Assembly: GCF_009914755.1 (NCBI RefSeq)
Contig: NC_060941.1
Reading direction: 5' to 3' (one strand)
Length of the DNA: 64,000 nucleotides
Source: the human T2T-CHM13v2.0 reference genome, Homo sapiens
Shown: positions 1 to 18,611 of the stretch, in pieces
Layout: each line of letters begins with the position of its first letter
Position numbering within the stretch: position 1 is the stretch's first letter
Notes under the pieces: model-generated
The model's database searches: none
What the model was told of the DNA's origin: nothing
What the model saw: the letters and a program-made list of their open reading frames with translations, nothing else
Made by a program: the position numbers and the translations under genes

Positions 1-8
1 CAGTAGTG

Positions 9-635
9 TGTTATCAGCTCAGTGGGTCCCTTGCCTTGTTGCCTAGGGTGGCTGCCCTCTGCCAGGGCCAATGTGACAGCCTCTTTTAGGTACCCACACT
101 CGGTGGGTCCCAAGCTCTTGTCCAGCATCCAAGAAGAATGAGGTCACCCGGACACTTGAAGGATGGTGAAGGTGGAGAATTTTATTAAGCAATGGAAATG
201 GCTCTCCATGGAGAGGGGAGCTGGAGAGGGGATGGGTCAGGTGGGGAATCTTCCTCTGGTCCAGGTGTCTGGCTGGCTCTTCCCTGAAGTCAGGACGTCT
301 TTCCGAAGTTAAACCGTCTCTCCTTGGAAGTCCAGCCATCCCTCTGAAGTCAAGTCACCTGTTTCCAGTGAAGCTACTTCTCTCTCACTACCAAGTCTGG
401 GGTCTTTATAGGCACAAGATAGGGGGCAGGGTGGGCCCTAGGTAGTTTTGGAAAAAGCAACATTCTATTGGTAAAAAGACATTACTCCGAAAGAACCAGT
501 GGGGAGAGAGTAGGCACACGGGGATAGAGGTTCTCACTTTGGGCCATGGGTTTCAGGCTTTTCGGCTCGAAGGTGGGGTTTTGCCAGGGACCCGCCCCTG
601 TCTGCGTAGGATTTCTCTGCCTCCTGCCTCCATCA
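9..635 (-). mobile_element. ERV1-class solo LTR (MER52/LTR27/LTR28-like)
   Basis: Ends ...gacccgcccctgtctgcgtaggatttctctgcctcctgcctccatca, as recalled for this family in reverse; minus-strand TATAAAG (404-410) and AATAAA (181-186). Confidence 0.7.
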
Positions 636-786
636 ATGGGGCCCCAGGCACAGGAGGGGCCAGGCCTGCCCATAGGCAGGAAGTCTAAGTGGCCTGTTGG
701 TGACAGGAACCTCATGACACACAAGTGGAGAACACACAGACATGCCCCTCATGCTGAATTAAGGCCTGAGGCTCAAGGAAAATTAG

Positions 787-1112
<326 letters not shown>

Positions 1113-1420
1113 TATATGTAACTGTTAAATGGATCTTTAAAGGGAAAAGTCAGAAACAAGGAAAAATGACCTATGTCTCATAACTTACCTGTTTTTGCAA
1201 GCCAGGTGCTTTTTCTGCAGAGTGGGAAAAGAGACTCTTTTAAATTTTAGCCTTTGGTCTACTGGTGGGGGGCAGGGAGGACATGCTTTGCGTGGGCCAG
1301 GAGAAGCTTAAAATTGCGGGAAACAGTAAAACAGCAGGAAAGTAAAAATGATGAAAGAATTTTCATCCCATAGAGCACTGGAGCGCTGCATCCGAAAGCT
1401 CTGAAACCACCCCCCTTTGA

Positions 1421-1720
<300 letters not shown>

Positions 1721-2574
1721 TTCTCTCCGGATTCCTCAGTGTGCTGCACAGTCCCTGCTGCTCGCACCATCCTGCATGTGTTCCATATGGAATCACGGCC
1801 GTGCGCGTGTGGCACAAGTCACACGGGCTTGCAGGCCGTTCCTCAGATGGCCCTGTCATCACTGTGGCTGCTGGTTTGATTGATTGTTAACACTTGCTCA
1901 GTAGGTGTGCGGGAAGAGACTCCAAAGGTTGACAGAACATTTATGGAAGCAAAATATGTGAAATGGAAAATTGTATCAATTTATTTAGCTCTTTTCGGCA
2001 AAGGGGAAGAGATTGTGCCCCCCTGTCTCCCAGGAACAGTCTCGCAGGCAATGCCACATGAGGAAGCTCCCTGCTGGCCATGGCTGCCCTGCTCACATTT
2101 CCTAATTGGACACTTAACCCCTGTACAAGCACAGCCTTGCGGCCACAGGGGAAGTCCAGAAACATTGAGGTCATTGAATTCCGGGGACCAAGGGGTTCTA
2201 ATTTTTTAAGTGACTGATACCTTTGATAAGGTTTTCCTTTCCCTTTTTCGTTAACTCTTTGTTGAGATATTGTTCGTATGCCATACGGTACATCTGTCAA
2301 AAGTTCCAGTTCAGCAGGTTTTGGGGTAGTCACAGATATGTACAGTCATCACCACAGTTAATGACAGAGCATTTTCATCACTTCAAAGAGAAACCCGGCC
2401 CCTTTAGCCATCATCCTCCTCCCCTCTAGTCACCCACTCCCCTCTGCAGGCATAAACAATTGCTGAACATAAACAACTGCTTCTGTGGCTTTCTCTGTTC
2501 TGACTGTCATATGAATGGAATCATATCATATGTGGCCTTTTGGGTATGGCTTATTTCACTGAGCATAATGTTTT

Positions 2575-2929
<355 letters not shown>

Positions 2930-2956
2930 GAGCATAATGTTTTGAAAGACCGCTCA

Positions 2957-3232
2957 GGCTGGACACGGTTGCTCACGCCTGTAATCACGGCACTTTGGGA
3001 GCCCAGGAGTTCAAGACAAGCCTGGGTAACAGAGTAAGACCCTGTCTCTATAAAAACTAAAAAATAAACAAAAAAAATTAGCCAGGCATGGCCGGGCACA
3101 CCTGTGGTCCCAGCTACTTGGGAGGCTGAGGTGGGAGGCTCCCTTGGGCCCAGAAGGTCAAGGCAGCAGTGAGCCATGATCACACCACTGCACTTCAACC
3201 TGGGGGACAGAGCAAGACCCTGTCTCAAAAAG
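2957..3232 (+). mobile_element. Alu (AluJ-like)
   Basis: Alu consensus with left-arm deletion. Confidence 0.9.
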
Positions 3233-3276
3233 CAATAACAACAAAAGTCCATCCATATTGTAGCTTGTGTCCGTTT

Positions 3277-3601
3277 ACGTTAAGTATTCCTTACCCAAAA
3301 TGCTTGAGACCAGAAGTGTTTTGGATTTCAGATGTTTTCAAATTTTGGAATATTTGCATTTACATAATGAGATGTCTTCCAGATGGGACCCAGAGTCTAA
3401 CCACAAAATTCACTTGTTTCATATACATCTTATACACATAGCCTGAAGGTAATTTTATACAATATTTTTAACAATTTTGTGCATGAGACAAAGTTTGTAT
3501 TAAGTATTTGTATGTTGAATTTTTCACTTGTGGCATCATTATACTCAAAAAGTTTGGATTTTGTAGTATTTTGGATTTGGGGATTAGGAATGCTCAACCT
3601 A
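3277..3601. mobile_element. Tigger4/MER46-family DNA transposon
   Basis: aaatgcttgagaccagaagtgttttggatttcaga... ending ggattaggaatgctcaacct; imperfect terminal inverted repeats. Confidence 0.75.
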
Positions 3602-3967
3602 TATTTCATTTTTTTCCATGGCCAAATATTCCCCGTTTATCCATGTGTCCATTGACGGCCATCTATGTTGCTTCTTCGGCTATTATAAATCTGCTGATAC
3701 AAACATTAGTGTACATATTTATGTGTGGGTGTATGTCTTCATTTCTCCTGGGTGTATACCTCGATGTAGAATTGCTGAATCATATGGTAACTCCATGTTT
3801 AATTGTTTAAAGAACTGTCCGGCCGAGTCCCACAGCAGCTGAACCATTTTCAATCCCTCCAGCAGCATAGGAGGCTTCCAGGTTCTCCACATCCTCACTA
3901 ACATGTGTTGTCTAACTTTTTGATTCTAGCCATCCTGGTGGGTATGAAGTGGTATCTCCTTGTGGTT

Positions 3968-4263
3968 TTTGTTTGTTTTTTGAGATGGAGTCTTGCCCTG
4001 TCACCCAGGCTGGAGTGCAGTGGCGTGATCTTGGCTCACTGCGACACCTCCACCTCCTGGGTTCAAGCAATTCTCCTGCCTCAGTCTCTCGAGTAGCTGG
4101 GACTACAGGCATGTGCCACCATGCCCAGCTAATTTTTGTATTTTTGGTAGAGACGGGGTTTTGCCGTGTGGGTCATGATGGTCTTGATCTCTTGACCTCA
4201 TGATCCACATGCCTTGGCCTCCCAAAGTGCTGGGATTACAGGCGTGAGCCACTGTGCCCGGCC
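3968..4263 (-). mobile_element. Alu (AluS)
   Basis: Alu consensus. Confidence 0.92.
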
Positions 4264-4368
4264 TCATTGTGGTTTTTAACTGCATTTCTCTGATAACTAA
4301 TGATATCAAGCATCTTTTCATATGCTTATTGGATTTGTCTGTATCTTCTTTGGAGAAATGTTTATTGA

Positions 4369-4953
<585 letters not shown>

Positions 4954-5768
4954 CTTTTGCTCATTTTTAAATTGGGTTGTCTTTTTATTATAGAGTTGGG
5001 AGTCTTTATTCTATATACAAGTCACTTGTCAGATATATGATTGCAAGTATTTTCTCCCATTCTATGTGTTGTTTTTTCACATTCTTATTGGTTTCTTTTG
5101 AAGCACAGAAGTCTTTAATTTTGAAGAAGTTAGCATATCTGTTTTTTCTTTTGTTGCTTGTACTTTTGGTGTCAAAGAATCCTTTGCCAAATCCTAGGTG
5201 ATGAAGATTTACTCCTATGTTTATTTATCTCTAAATGTTTTATAGTTTTAGCTCTTACATGTAGGCCTTTGATCCATTTTGAGTTCCTTTTTATATATGG
5301 TGTATATGGTGTGAGGTAAGGGTTCTGTTTCATTCTCTTGCATGTGGACATCCAGTTGTCCCAGCATTTGTTGAAAGGACTCTACATTCCCTGTTGAGTG
5401 ATGTTGGCACTCTTGTCAAAAATCTGTTGACGATACATGTATGGATTTATTTCTAGATTTTCAATTCTATGTGGTGATCTACTTGCCTATCCTTGTGTCA
5501 GTACCACACTGTTTGGACTACCATTGCTTTCTAGTAAGTTTTGAAATTGGGATGTGTGAGTCCTCCTACTTTGTTCTTATTTTTCAAGATTGTTTTGGCT
5601 ATTTTGGGTCCCTTGCAATTTCATAAGAATTTTAGAATCAGTATGTCAGTTTCCACTGACAAGGAAGTCAGCTGGGATTCTGGTAGGGCTGGTATTCAAT
5701 GTATAGATCAGTTTGGAGAGCATTGCCATCTTAACAAGGTTAAGTTGGATTTCTTTCATTCAATTAGA

Positions 5769-6023
<255 letters not shown>

Positions 6024-6208
6024 TAGTTTAAATTTTGCACTTCTTTTGTTAAATTTCTAAGTACTTTTTTTTGGGGGGGGGGTGCTATTGTAATTGGAAT
6101 TGTTTTCTGAATTCTGTTTCCAGATTGTTCCTTGCTGGTGTCTAGACACACAGTGCTCCATGCGTCTTGTATCCTGCAACATTGCTGAGCTCATTTGGTA
6201 GCTCAAAT

Positions 6209-6248
6209 TGTGTGTGCGTGTGTGTGTGTGTGTGCATGAGAGAGAGAA
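6209..6248. repeat. (TG)n/(GA)n microsatellite
   Basis: Read directly. Confidence 0.9.
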
Positions 6249-7267
6249 TTAAATTTTCTATACATAAGATCATATCATCTGTGAATAGAGTTTCACTTCT
6301 TCCAATCTGGATGCCTTTTATTTCTTTCTCTTGCATAACTGCCCTGGCTAGAACCTCCAGTACAATGTTGAATGAAAGTATTGAAAGTGGACATCTTTGT
6401 CTTGTTCTGATCTTAAGAGAAGGTTTCAGTCTTTTGCCACCAGGTGTGATGTCAACGTGAGCTTTTCATAGATGCCCTTTATCAGTTTGTGGAAGTTCCT
6501 TTTTGTTCCTCATTTGTTGAATGCTTTTTTTTCTTTAATCATAGAAGAGAGTTGGATTTTGTCAAATGCTTTTCCCGTATCTACTGAAATGATCATGCGA
6601 TATTTTCCTAATGTTATTAACTGATATTTGATGTTAAATCAACCTTTCATCCCTGAGATAAATTACACTTGATCGTGGTGTATAGTTCCTTTAACATGGG
6701 GCTGGATAAGGTTTTCTTTTATCCTTTTAAATGTCAGAAAGTATCTATTATAAATTAACCTTGTGGTTTTTACTAATTACTGAAATGTTTTACAGAAACT
6801 TTGAACCTAAGGAAGAAAAATATTGTTTCTCGGAGGAGAATTAAAAAGAGAATTAAAATGTATATGTTGTTTGTAGGCAGCTTTTTAAAAGAATTATGGT
6901 TTAGGAACATAAAATATATGCTATATTAAGGGTTTATTCATTTTTGGTATTTTTCATGATATGAAAGTCCAAAAAAAAATGTAGAAACTGGCAGCCAGAA
7001 GGAAGGAGGGTGACTGGTTATGTTGGTGTGTGTTTGTTTGTGTGTCTTCACATCTCTGGTGCTGGACACTTAAGGAGGCAGTATACAAGGAAATGAAAAT
7101 TTTCGAAGAAATGTAAAGTGTTTTACTATTTTGCTCTTTTTGTGGCCTTATAAAACAAGTTACAGTAGATTTCAGAAATGCTATCGAGTAGGTAATTTGC
7201 TTTTGTTATTTCAAAACAAACTAATGAAAAACTTCTAAATGTCCCTCTTTTATTAATTTTCTTGTAG

Positions 7268-7436
7268 TCTCAGACCAGTATCCTTCAGGGGTTCTCTTAC
7301 TCTGATTTGCGGAAATTTGGCATCGTCTTGTCTGCTGTGATCACTAAGTCCTGGCCTAGGACCGCGGACAACTTCGATGACATTTTAAAGCATCTGCTCA
7401 CGTTGGCAGATGTCAAGCACGTCTTCAGATTGTGTG
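7268..7436 (+). CDS. RNF213: RNF213 exon 18 (SQTSILQG...VFRLC)
   Basis: cttgtag|TCT, TGTG|gtatgt, 169 nt. Confidence 0.95.
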
Positions 7437-7614
7437 GTATGTTTGCGGGAGTGCTGGGAACATCAGCTCAGGCAAGGTGGTGTCTTCCTGATTGGGAAAG
7501 GTGGGAGGCAGAAGATTTGACATGATGATACTGAATTGGGATGGGCTGATGTTTGACAAAGGCTGCAGTTTGGACAGAGAGACCCTGGAAGGCTCAGAGT
7601 GTCTTGCGTTGTAA

Positions 7615-7840
7615 ATAATAACTAATGCTAACAGCCACTATTCATTGAATGCTTGCTGTACCCTAGCGACTGTGCTGGGTCGCAAGGGAAGTGCCCTTGA
7701 AACAACCCTTCTGAAAGTCCCCTTTAAGGCCCCCAGTTTTCAGATCAGGAAACAAATGGAGAAGGCAATGCGACTTACCTAAGGTCTCAAAGATTATAAG
7801 TAGTAAAAACTAAAATCCAGACCCAGGTATGTCTTATTTG
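7615..7840 (-). mobile_element. MIR
   Basis: ccccagttttcagatcaggaaaca...gacttacctaaggtc MIR core, diverged. Confidence 0.6.
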
Positions 7841-8034
7841 GAGATCAATATAGAATGTCCAAGCCAACATTGATGACCTCAACAGAAAGTGAAGTACTGT
7901 GCTGTCTGATTTCCCACCCAGCCCCCCGCGCCCCAAGTGTTTTGTGGTCAAGGAGGGAGAGAGAGAGACATTCCATCCTAAAAACGTTAGAGTCCAGTTG
8001 GCGTGTGAGACCTTAGATTCATATCTTTCAGTGA

Positions 8035-8525
<491 letters not shown>

Positions 8526-8529
8526 GTTT

Positions 8530-9100
8530 ATAAGTTGGATAGAATTTTTTAGAGCACTTTTATGTGTACAGAAAAATTGAGCAGAAAGTACAGAGAGTTG
8601 TCATCTATCTCTGCCACCATCACACGGGCAGTACCCTGTTAGTAACATGCAGCATTAGTGTGGTGCTTTTGTTACAGCTGAGAAGCCAATATTGATAACA
8701 CTGTTATTAACTAAAGTCCATAGTTCGTTCCTGGTGTTGTCCATTCTCTGAGGTTTGGATAAACCATGGCCTGTGTCCACCATTCCAGTATCGTGCAGAA
8801 TAGTTGCGCTGCCCCTACAAAATCCCATGCTCCACCCCTCCCATTTCCTTTAGTCTTTTCCAGAATGTCCTATGGTTGGAATCTTATAGGATGTCGCCTT
8901 TAGACTGGCTTCCTTCACTTAGTAATACGTATTTATGTTTCCTCCATGTCTTTTCATGGCTTGAGAGCTAACTTCGTTTTGCCACTGAATAATATTCTAT
9001 TGTATGGATGTGCTACCATTCGCTTACCCGTTCACCTCATGAAAGACATCTTGGTTGCTTCCAAGTTTTTGCAATGATTAGTAAAGCTACTATGTTTGTT
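8530..9100 (-). mobile_element. L1MC-like 3' end
   Basis: gaaaaattgagcagaaagtacagagagtt...gacatcttggttgcttccaagtttt. Confidence 0.7.
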
Positions 9101-9437
9101 TCTTATGGTGCAGATAAGCTTCATCTTCTCCTAATATTGTATGGCTCTAATATTACTGGGAGAGAAATCCTAAGTGGTTAAACAAAACATGTATAAAAAT
9201 TCTGCCCTCTAAATTTATCATAAAATCAGTTCCAAGATTTTGCAAGATAATGAAGATGTACAGAGTATAAAGTTATCACATGGCTGTTTCTCTTTTTGCA
9301 TATGCTATGAAAGTGTCTCCCTAAGACCATCCTGATAGACATTGCTAGGTATGTCTGCATCCCCTGGTGCAGTTTCTTCTGTTGTAGGTATTCCTAGGGC
9401 AGGGGCTTTTTAAAGAAGATTCTGTGTATTCTATTTA

Positions 9438-9729
<292 letters not shown>

Positions 9730-10050
9730 GGAAGTCAGTCCATCCGTATACTGAAGGGGACGTGGGTTTTAACCTGAGAAATGTGTCTCCCAGCTGATTT
9801 TGGCCATTGCGGGAGGTCATCTTCTTGGACAAGGAAGTTGTTCAGGGGATGAATCTGGGCAAGACCTAACCCTCGTGGGGGAAAGCAGAAGGGAGTGGAA
9901 TGATTGGCACATCTGGAGACACTGGCCAGCCATTGCCTGTGTTTGAGGAAGTGGGGGCAGAACAAGAGGTTATCTGGAATTCCCACGGTAACGGCAAAGA
10001 GGCAGGAGGTGGGGAGCCCACTGTGTTAACTGTGTTCTTCATCTATTCAG

Positions 10051-10224
10051 GAACCGACGAGAAAATACTAGCAAATGTCACAGAGGATGCCAAGAGGCTG
10101 ATAGCTGTTGCCGACTCTGTGTTGACGAAAGTTGTTGGTGACCTCCTAAGTGGCACGATTTTAGTTGGACAACTGGAGCTGATTATAAAGCACAAGAATC
10201 AGTTTCTTGACATCTGGCAACTGA
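10051..10224 (+). CDS. RNF213: RNF213 exon 19 (GTDEKILA...DIWQL)
   Basis: tattcag|GA, CTGA|gtaagc, 174 nt. Confidence 0.96.
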
Positions 10225-10562
10225 GTAAGCATCGAGTCGATACGCACTTCAGGCTCCTGAGGCATTAAGTAGCTGGAAGACACGTTTGTGTTTGCGTGTG
10301 CATTTTTGTAAAGGAGATAATCATCTTAGCCTTGATAATGAGTATCTCTTCTTGCTCATAAGTTGATAGGGGTGGTTTATAATTCTCAAGAACATCACGG
10401 GAAAGTGATAAAATAATGGCCATCTCGAAAAAGTGGGTATGCGCAAAACCATCCTAGTCCTTCTCCTGGTGGCGGGGAAGGTGCGGCGCTTTCAAAGCAT
10501 TGCCATGGAAAATGGCATTTGTTGCTGTATTGGGTTACTTTATTGGTGTTCTTATTTTCCAG

Positions 10563-10712
10563 GGGAAAAAAGTCTTTCACCCCAGGATGAAAAATGTGCT
10601 GTGGAGGAAGCACTGGATTGGAGAAGGGAGGAACTGTTACTTCTAAAGAAAGAGAAAAGATGTGTTGATAGTCTCCTGAAGATGTGTGGGAACGTGAAAC
10701 ATCTGATACAAG
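10563..10712 (+). CDS. RNF213: RNF213 exon 20 (REKSLSPQ...KHLIQ)
   Basis: ttttccag|GG, CAAG|gtggta, 150 nt. Confidence 0.95.
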
Positions 10713-11781
10713 GTGGTATTCCTGAGAAGTGAACAAAGTTGAGGGCTCTCAAAGGGTTAGAGGAGAACACAGTAAGAATGGATCACAGTAGCAGATCTTT
10801 ATTTTGGAGAGAAGGCTTTAAAATTTTTTTTTTAATTTGCATTTGCTGGGGGGATCGCTTTCACCTCTTTTAGATTCTTCTTTTTGGTATTTATGTCCAC
10901 ATTTCCAAATAACATGCTTAAGTGTCTCCTGGATTTTTCCGGAGTCAGCATGAGCTGCTGACGCCCGCTGCAGAAGATGAGGGCTTAGAGCCACACATTT
11001 CTGGTCTGTGCCCTGCACACATCACCTTTCCACCTCCTGTTGCTTCCTGTTTTCTCATAACGGAGTTGCATCATTGTTTAGGGTTAAATCATCAGGACCC
11101 ACACGGATCACAAGTGAACCACGAAAGAAACCGTCATCATTTTACAATTTTTGCACAAACTCTCTGTTTTCCACAGAATTACATTTCCTGTCAGATGCTG
11201 TTTTCACTGCGTTAATGATACGCTGTTTTCATTGTATTAATTTCTAATTCCATCGCAATCTCTGCCGAGTGTCTGAATTTCCTTGAAGATCATTGGTTTG
11301 ACCTTTGAAAAGGAACCTGCCAACCCTGGGCTGCAGACGTAGGGTGGAGTCTCCCTCCACCTCCTAGGAGCCTTTGCCTGGCACCTGGGTTAGACGTGGT
11401 TCCCACGCCCCCCTCCCCCGCTACTCACTCCTGCTTCCTCTGTTGGCAGAGCACACCCTCACTGGCTTCCTGAGAAAAGGGCGTGTAAGAGGTTAAACCC
11501 TCGAATCCTTGTGTGTCTAAAGATGTCTGTCCTCTTACTAGGTCAGTCGCTCGGCTAGGTCTAGAATTACAGACCGGAAGTCATTTTCCTTCTGAAGTTT
11601 CAATGTGCTGCGCCATCATTGCCTCCACAGTGTGGCTATGTATGGAGAAGTCCGATGCAGTGCCAGTTACACATCCTTCATGTGTGTGACCTGTTTTCTC
11701 TTTCTTGAAGCTCTTGAGCTCTTTCTGTTACTCATATTCTGAAATAATAACGTGTCTTGGCCTGGATCTATGTTCCATCGA

Positions 11782-12091
<310 letters not shown>

Positions 12092-13035
12092 CTATTGGGT
12101 ATTAATAGGTAGGTCTTTCAACTCTAGACATCAAAATCCTTGAGTTCTGGGAAATTCTCTTGAATGATTTAATTTTTTCTTCTCTTGCTGGAATTCCTGT
12201 TAATTGGATATGGGACCTCCTGGATGATCATCTAACTGTCATCATTTTTCTCTCGGATTTTCTATCTCTGTTTTTTGCTCTGCTCTTGAGAGATTTATTC
12301 AGAACCAAACTTTCTGCTTAGGTTTTCATGTCAGCTTTCGTATATATATTTAATGTAGAGGAATTCTTTTTCTCGGAATGTTCCTTTTTAAATTCTGTCC
12401 TGTTCTTGTTCACGTTGCAGCATCTTCCCTTCTGGGTTATTCACCGTTTTGTTTTGGAGGTTTTGCTTTTCCTGGCATCATGTGCTGCTTCCTCCAGGTT
12501 CCTTTCACTTGTTGATTTGTTTTGATTTTCCTCCTATGTCTGGACATTCTTGTTTGTCTGTGTTTATTAAGAGAAAGCCCTCACAAGTGGGTTGGCCCTC
12601 TGCGGGGTGCTGCCGTGGGGTGCTGTGGCTCGACCTGGAAGTTGGCCTGTCTCCTGAAGTCTTCTGTCTCCTGCCTGGAGGGTGTGGGCCTGGCTGCCAG
12701 GTTTCTGGGAGCCAAGAGGGAGAAGCGGGCTGGCGGGCCTTGGCATCCCGTGCGTGGTCCTCCCATGGCCCGTGTTCTCAGTGTGGTTCTCCGCCACCTC
12801 CCTCTGTCTCCTGTGTTTCACACCCCATCCTCCTTCCCCCTGAGATTGGATAATTCATGTCTTCTGTTAGCTTCCTGAGAAAGGGGATGTGTCTAGAAAG
12901 GCCCTTTGTTCTGCCATGTATCTGTGGCCTCCAATCCACACGCCCCCCTGCGTTATCCTTTCTAGAAAATGAACCATCTCTTGGCTGCTGGGGTGAAGAA
13001 GGGGGTCCACCTGCTGTGTCAGGGCATTGGGGTGA

Positions 13036-13356
<321 letters not shown>

Positions 13357-13466
13357 ACCGTGTCTTAAACAGACTTTGAACCCAGTCTTCCTTATTTCAT
13401 CACCACCTCCCAGTCTGCAGTGACCTGCACAATGTGTGTCTGCTTTTTGGGAATCCTGTGACATAA

Positions 13467-13928
<462 letters not shown>

Positions 13929-14241
13929 AGTTTATGACTTTTTAAATGCAATTTATGTTCTGTCATTGGAGTGGGGTTTGGCAAAGAGAGTAAATAGGTG
14001 CGTGTTTTCCCACTGCCATCTTTACCCAGAAGTTTATGATGCTTTCTTTATCATGAATATTGGTTAACAAGGCCAAGCGGGGAGGGAAAGACCTGTGAAC
14101 TCTTCCTGAGAAAGAAATCCTAGCAGCTGTGTGCTCTTGAGTTCGCTCAGAGAAGTGAGGAGAGAAAGTCTTAGGAAAGTGAAATAAAATGGAATCATGA
14201 TTAGAGCTTTGACTTCTGACACTTTCTTTTCGCTTCTAAAG

Positions 14242-14867
14242 TGGACTTTGGAGTGCTTGCAGTAAGACACTCACAAGACCTCAGCAGTAAAAGATTAAAT
14301 GACACCATGACAGTGAGACTGTCCACCTCCTCGAACTCGCAGAGGGCAACGCATTACCACCTGAGCTCCCAGGTCCAAGAAATGGCTGGGAAGATAGACT
14401 TGCTCAGAGACAGCCACATCTTCCAGCTCTTCTGGCGGGAAGCCGCAGAGCCGCTGAGTGAGCCTAAGGAGGACCAGGAAGCCGCAGAGTTGCTGAGTGA
14501 GCCCGAAGAAGAATCAGAAAGGCACATCCTTGAGCTTGAAGAGGTGTATGACTATTTGTATCAGCCTTCTTACAGAAAGTTCATTAAGTTGCACCAGGAT
14601 CTAAAGTCAGGAGAGGTCACCCTTGCAGAGATTGATGTCATCTTCAAGGACTTTGTGAATAAATACACGGACCTGGATTCAGAACTTAAGATCATGTGCA
14701 CCGTGGACCACCAGGGCCAAAGAGATTGGATCAAGGACCGAGTGGAACAGATCAAGGAATACCATCACCTGCACCAGGCTGTCCACGCAGCCAAGGTCAT
14801 CTTGCAGGTCAAAGAGAGCCTGGGACTGAACGGTGACTTCAGTGTTCTCAACACTTTACTAAATTTT
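14242..14867 (+). CDS. RNF213: RNF213 exon 21 (VDFGVLAV...TLLNF)
   Basis: ttctaaag|TG, TTT|gtaagt, 626 nt. Confidence 0.97.
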
Positions 14868-15165
14868 GTAAGTTATTTGCTGGGGACTGTGGGGGTTTGG
14901 AGGGGCGTCCTGCCTCAGCCTCTTCAGGAGCCATGGGCTTTGTGGCTTTGAAAAGGGGGGCGGATGACTTAGAGCTTCCGTCAGGGGCTCCTGTGTGTGT
15001 GGTACTTGAGGCCTGAATATCCCAAGGGCTTTGTTTTTACCTTTGTTATAAATAGTACCACTGCTCCTTAGCCAGAGGGAGTTTCCTTGGGTCTGCGTGA
15101 AGATCAAGAACTCAGGAAAGGGCAACAATCCTCTTTTCATAACGGGCATTTGTAAAGGGTCATAG

Positions 15166-15594
<429 letters not shown>

Positions 15595-15647
15595 GAGTCT
15601 TCTGCTTCTTATGTTTTTAGGTAGACCGAGATAATGATTAGAATTTA

Positions 15648-15952
<305 letters not shown>

Positions 15953-16339
15953 CCTGGAATCCCATCCATTTACACTTGAACCCTAGTGCACGTCCTCGAG
16001 GAAGCAACTGCTCTGGGCCTTTATTGACAAAGCAGAAAAAGCAACAGTAGTTACTTGGCAGGGTTATGTGAGGAATTGATTTTAAAATCCACTTTATTAA
16101 AATGCTTAGCAGAATATCAGGTTCCCAGGAATCACAGTTCATCTTGATCAGGGAGAAACAGCCATGGGGGTTTGATCATCCAATTCAGGGGTAAGAGCTT
16201 GGTGTGCCTGTTGTCACAGCAGTGGCAAATCTAGGCATTGAGGGAGGGTGGGGCTGCTGGGACGGTCAGTGCTTGCAGCTCACAGATTCTGGGGTTCTGG
16301 TTAATGAGTTCCAGTCCACAGTAGAGCTTTTTCTTGCAG

Positions 16340-16505
16340 ACTGATAACTTCGACGACTTTCGCCGTGAAACACTGGACCAGATCAACCAGGAGCTCATCC
16401 AGGCCAAAAAGCTGCTCCAGGACATCAGCGAGGCCCGGTGCAAGGGGCTGCAGGCTCTGTCCCTGAGAAAGGAGTTCATCTGCTGGGTCCGGGAGGCTCT
16501 TGGAG
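16340..16505 (+). CDS. RNF213: RNF213 exon 22 (TDNFDDFR...REALG)
   Basis: ttcttgcag|ACT, GGAG|gtaaaa, 166 nt. Confidence 0.96.
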
Positions 16506-16618
16506 GTAAAATCAGCCTTTGGGGTTGCGTGGAAGTGTGGAGAAAGTTTTCAGATGGCGCACTGTGTGGCATTCCTAAACTCTTTGGCAATACCTCCCCT
16601 TGGCCAAGGACTACGTAA

Positions 16619-17463
<845 letters not shown>

Positions 17464-17779
17464 CCACAGAGAGATTTTTCTCACTTCTCCATTGATGCTG
17501 TGCGTTTCTTGGCAGCCTCTTCAGTTCTGTGGCTTAGATGTTGTTGGCAGAGGAGAGAGGAAGAGGCAGAGGAGGCAGGAGGGGCACAGGTGGCAGTGCA
17601 GGTGTGCTCGGGGGTCTGGGGGCCACCACCTGCTGGATCTCAGGCTCTGGCTCTCTTGGGAGAGCCGCTGCTTTCAGTGGTGGACTCTCTGGTCCACACT
17701 GATGCACATCCTTCAGTGAGTAATTTATCTGAGGGGAATGATCTGAGTGTTTCATAGTTAATTGTGAACATGTTATTTA

Positions 17780-18226
<447 letters not shown>

Positions 18227-18393
18227 CTACAAAAGATTAGGTGTTCCGGACTCTTACTGAAAGCAGAAAGTGGACAGAACCTTAAAAATTCATGAAATAT
18301 CCATTTCAGCTTCAGTAAGGATTACTGCCCAAGACCGAGTCTTGTGCTATCGTGGAATAGTCCCACGCTGAACTCCCCTCTTCTCTTCCCCAG

Positions 18394-18611
18394 GCATCAA
18401 TGAGCTGAAGGTGTTTGTGGACCTGGCCTCCATCTCAGCGGGGGAGAATGACATTGATGTGGACCGGGTGGCCTGCTTCCATGACGCTGTGCAGGGCTAC
18501 GCATCCCTGCTATTTAAGCTGGACCCCAGCGTGGACTTCAGTGCATTCATGAAGCATCTGAAAAAGCTGTGGAAGGCTCTGGATAAGGACCAGTACCTGC
18601 CCAGGAAACTG
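18394..18611 (+). CDS. RNF213: RNF213 exon 23 (GINELKVF...LPRKL)
   Basis: ttccccag|GC, CTG|gtgagt, 218 nt. Confidence 0.97.

Noticed and set aside
14174-14186. IRF/ISRE-like GGAAAGTGAAAT, with similar partial hits at 52442 and 54182 and a GAS-like TTCCAGGAA at 46638
   Set aside because: Isolated short or imperfect motifs expected by chance in 64 kb; ChIP data would be needed.
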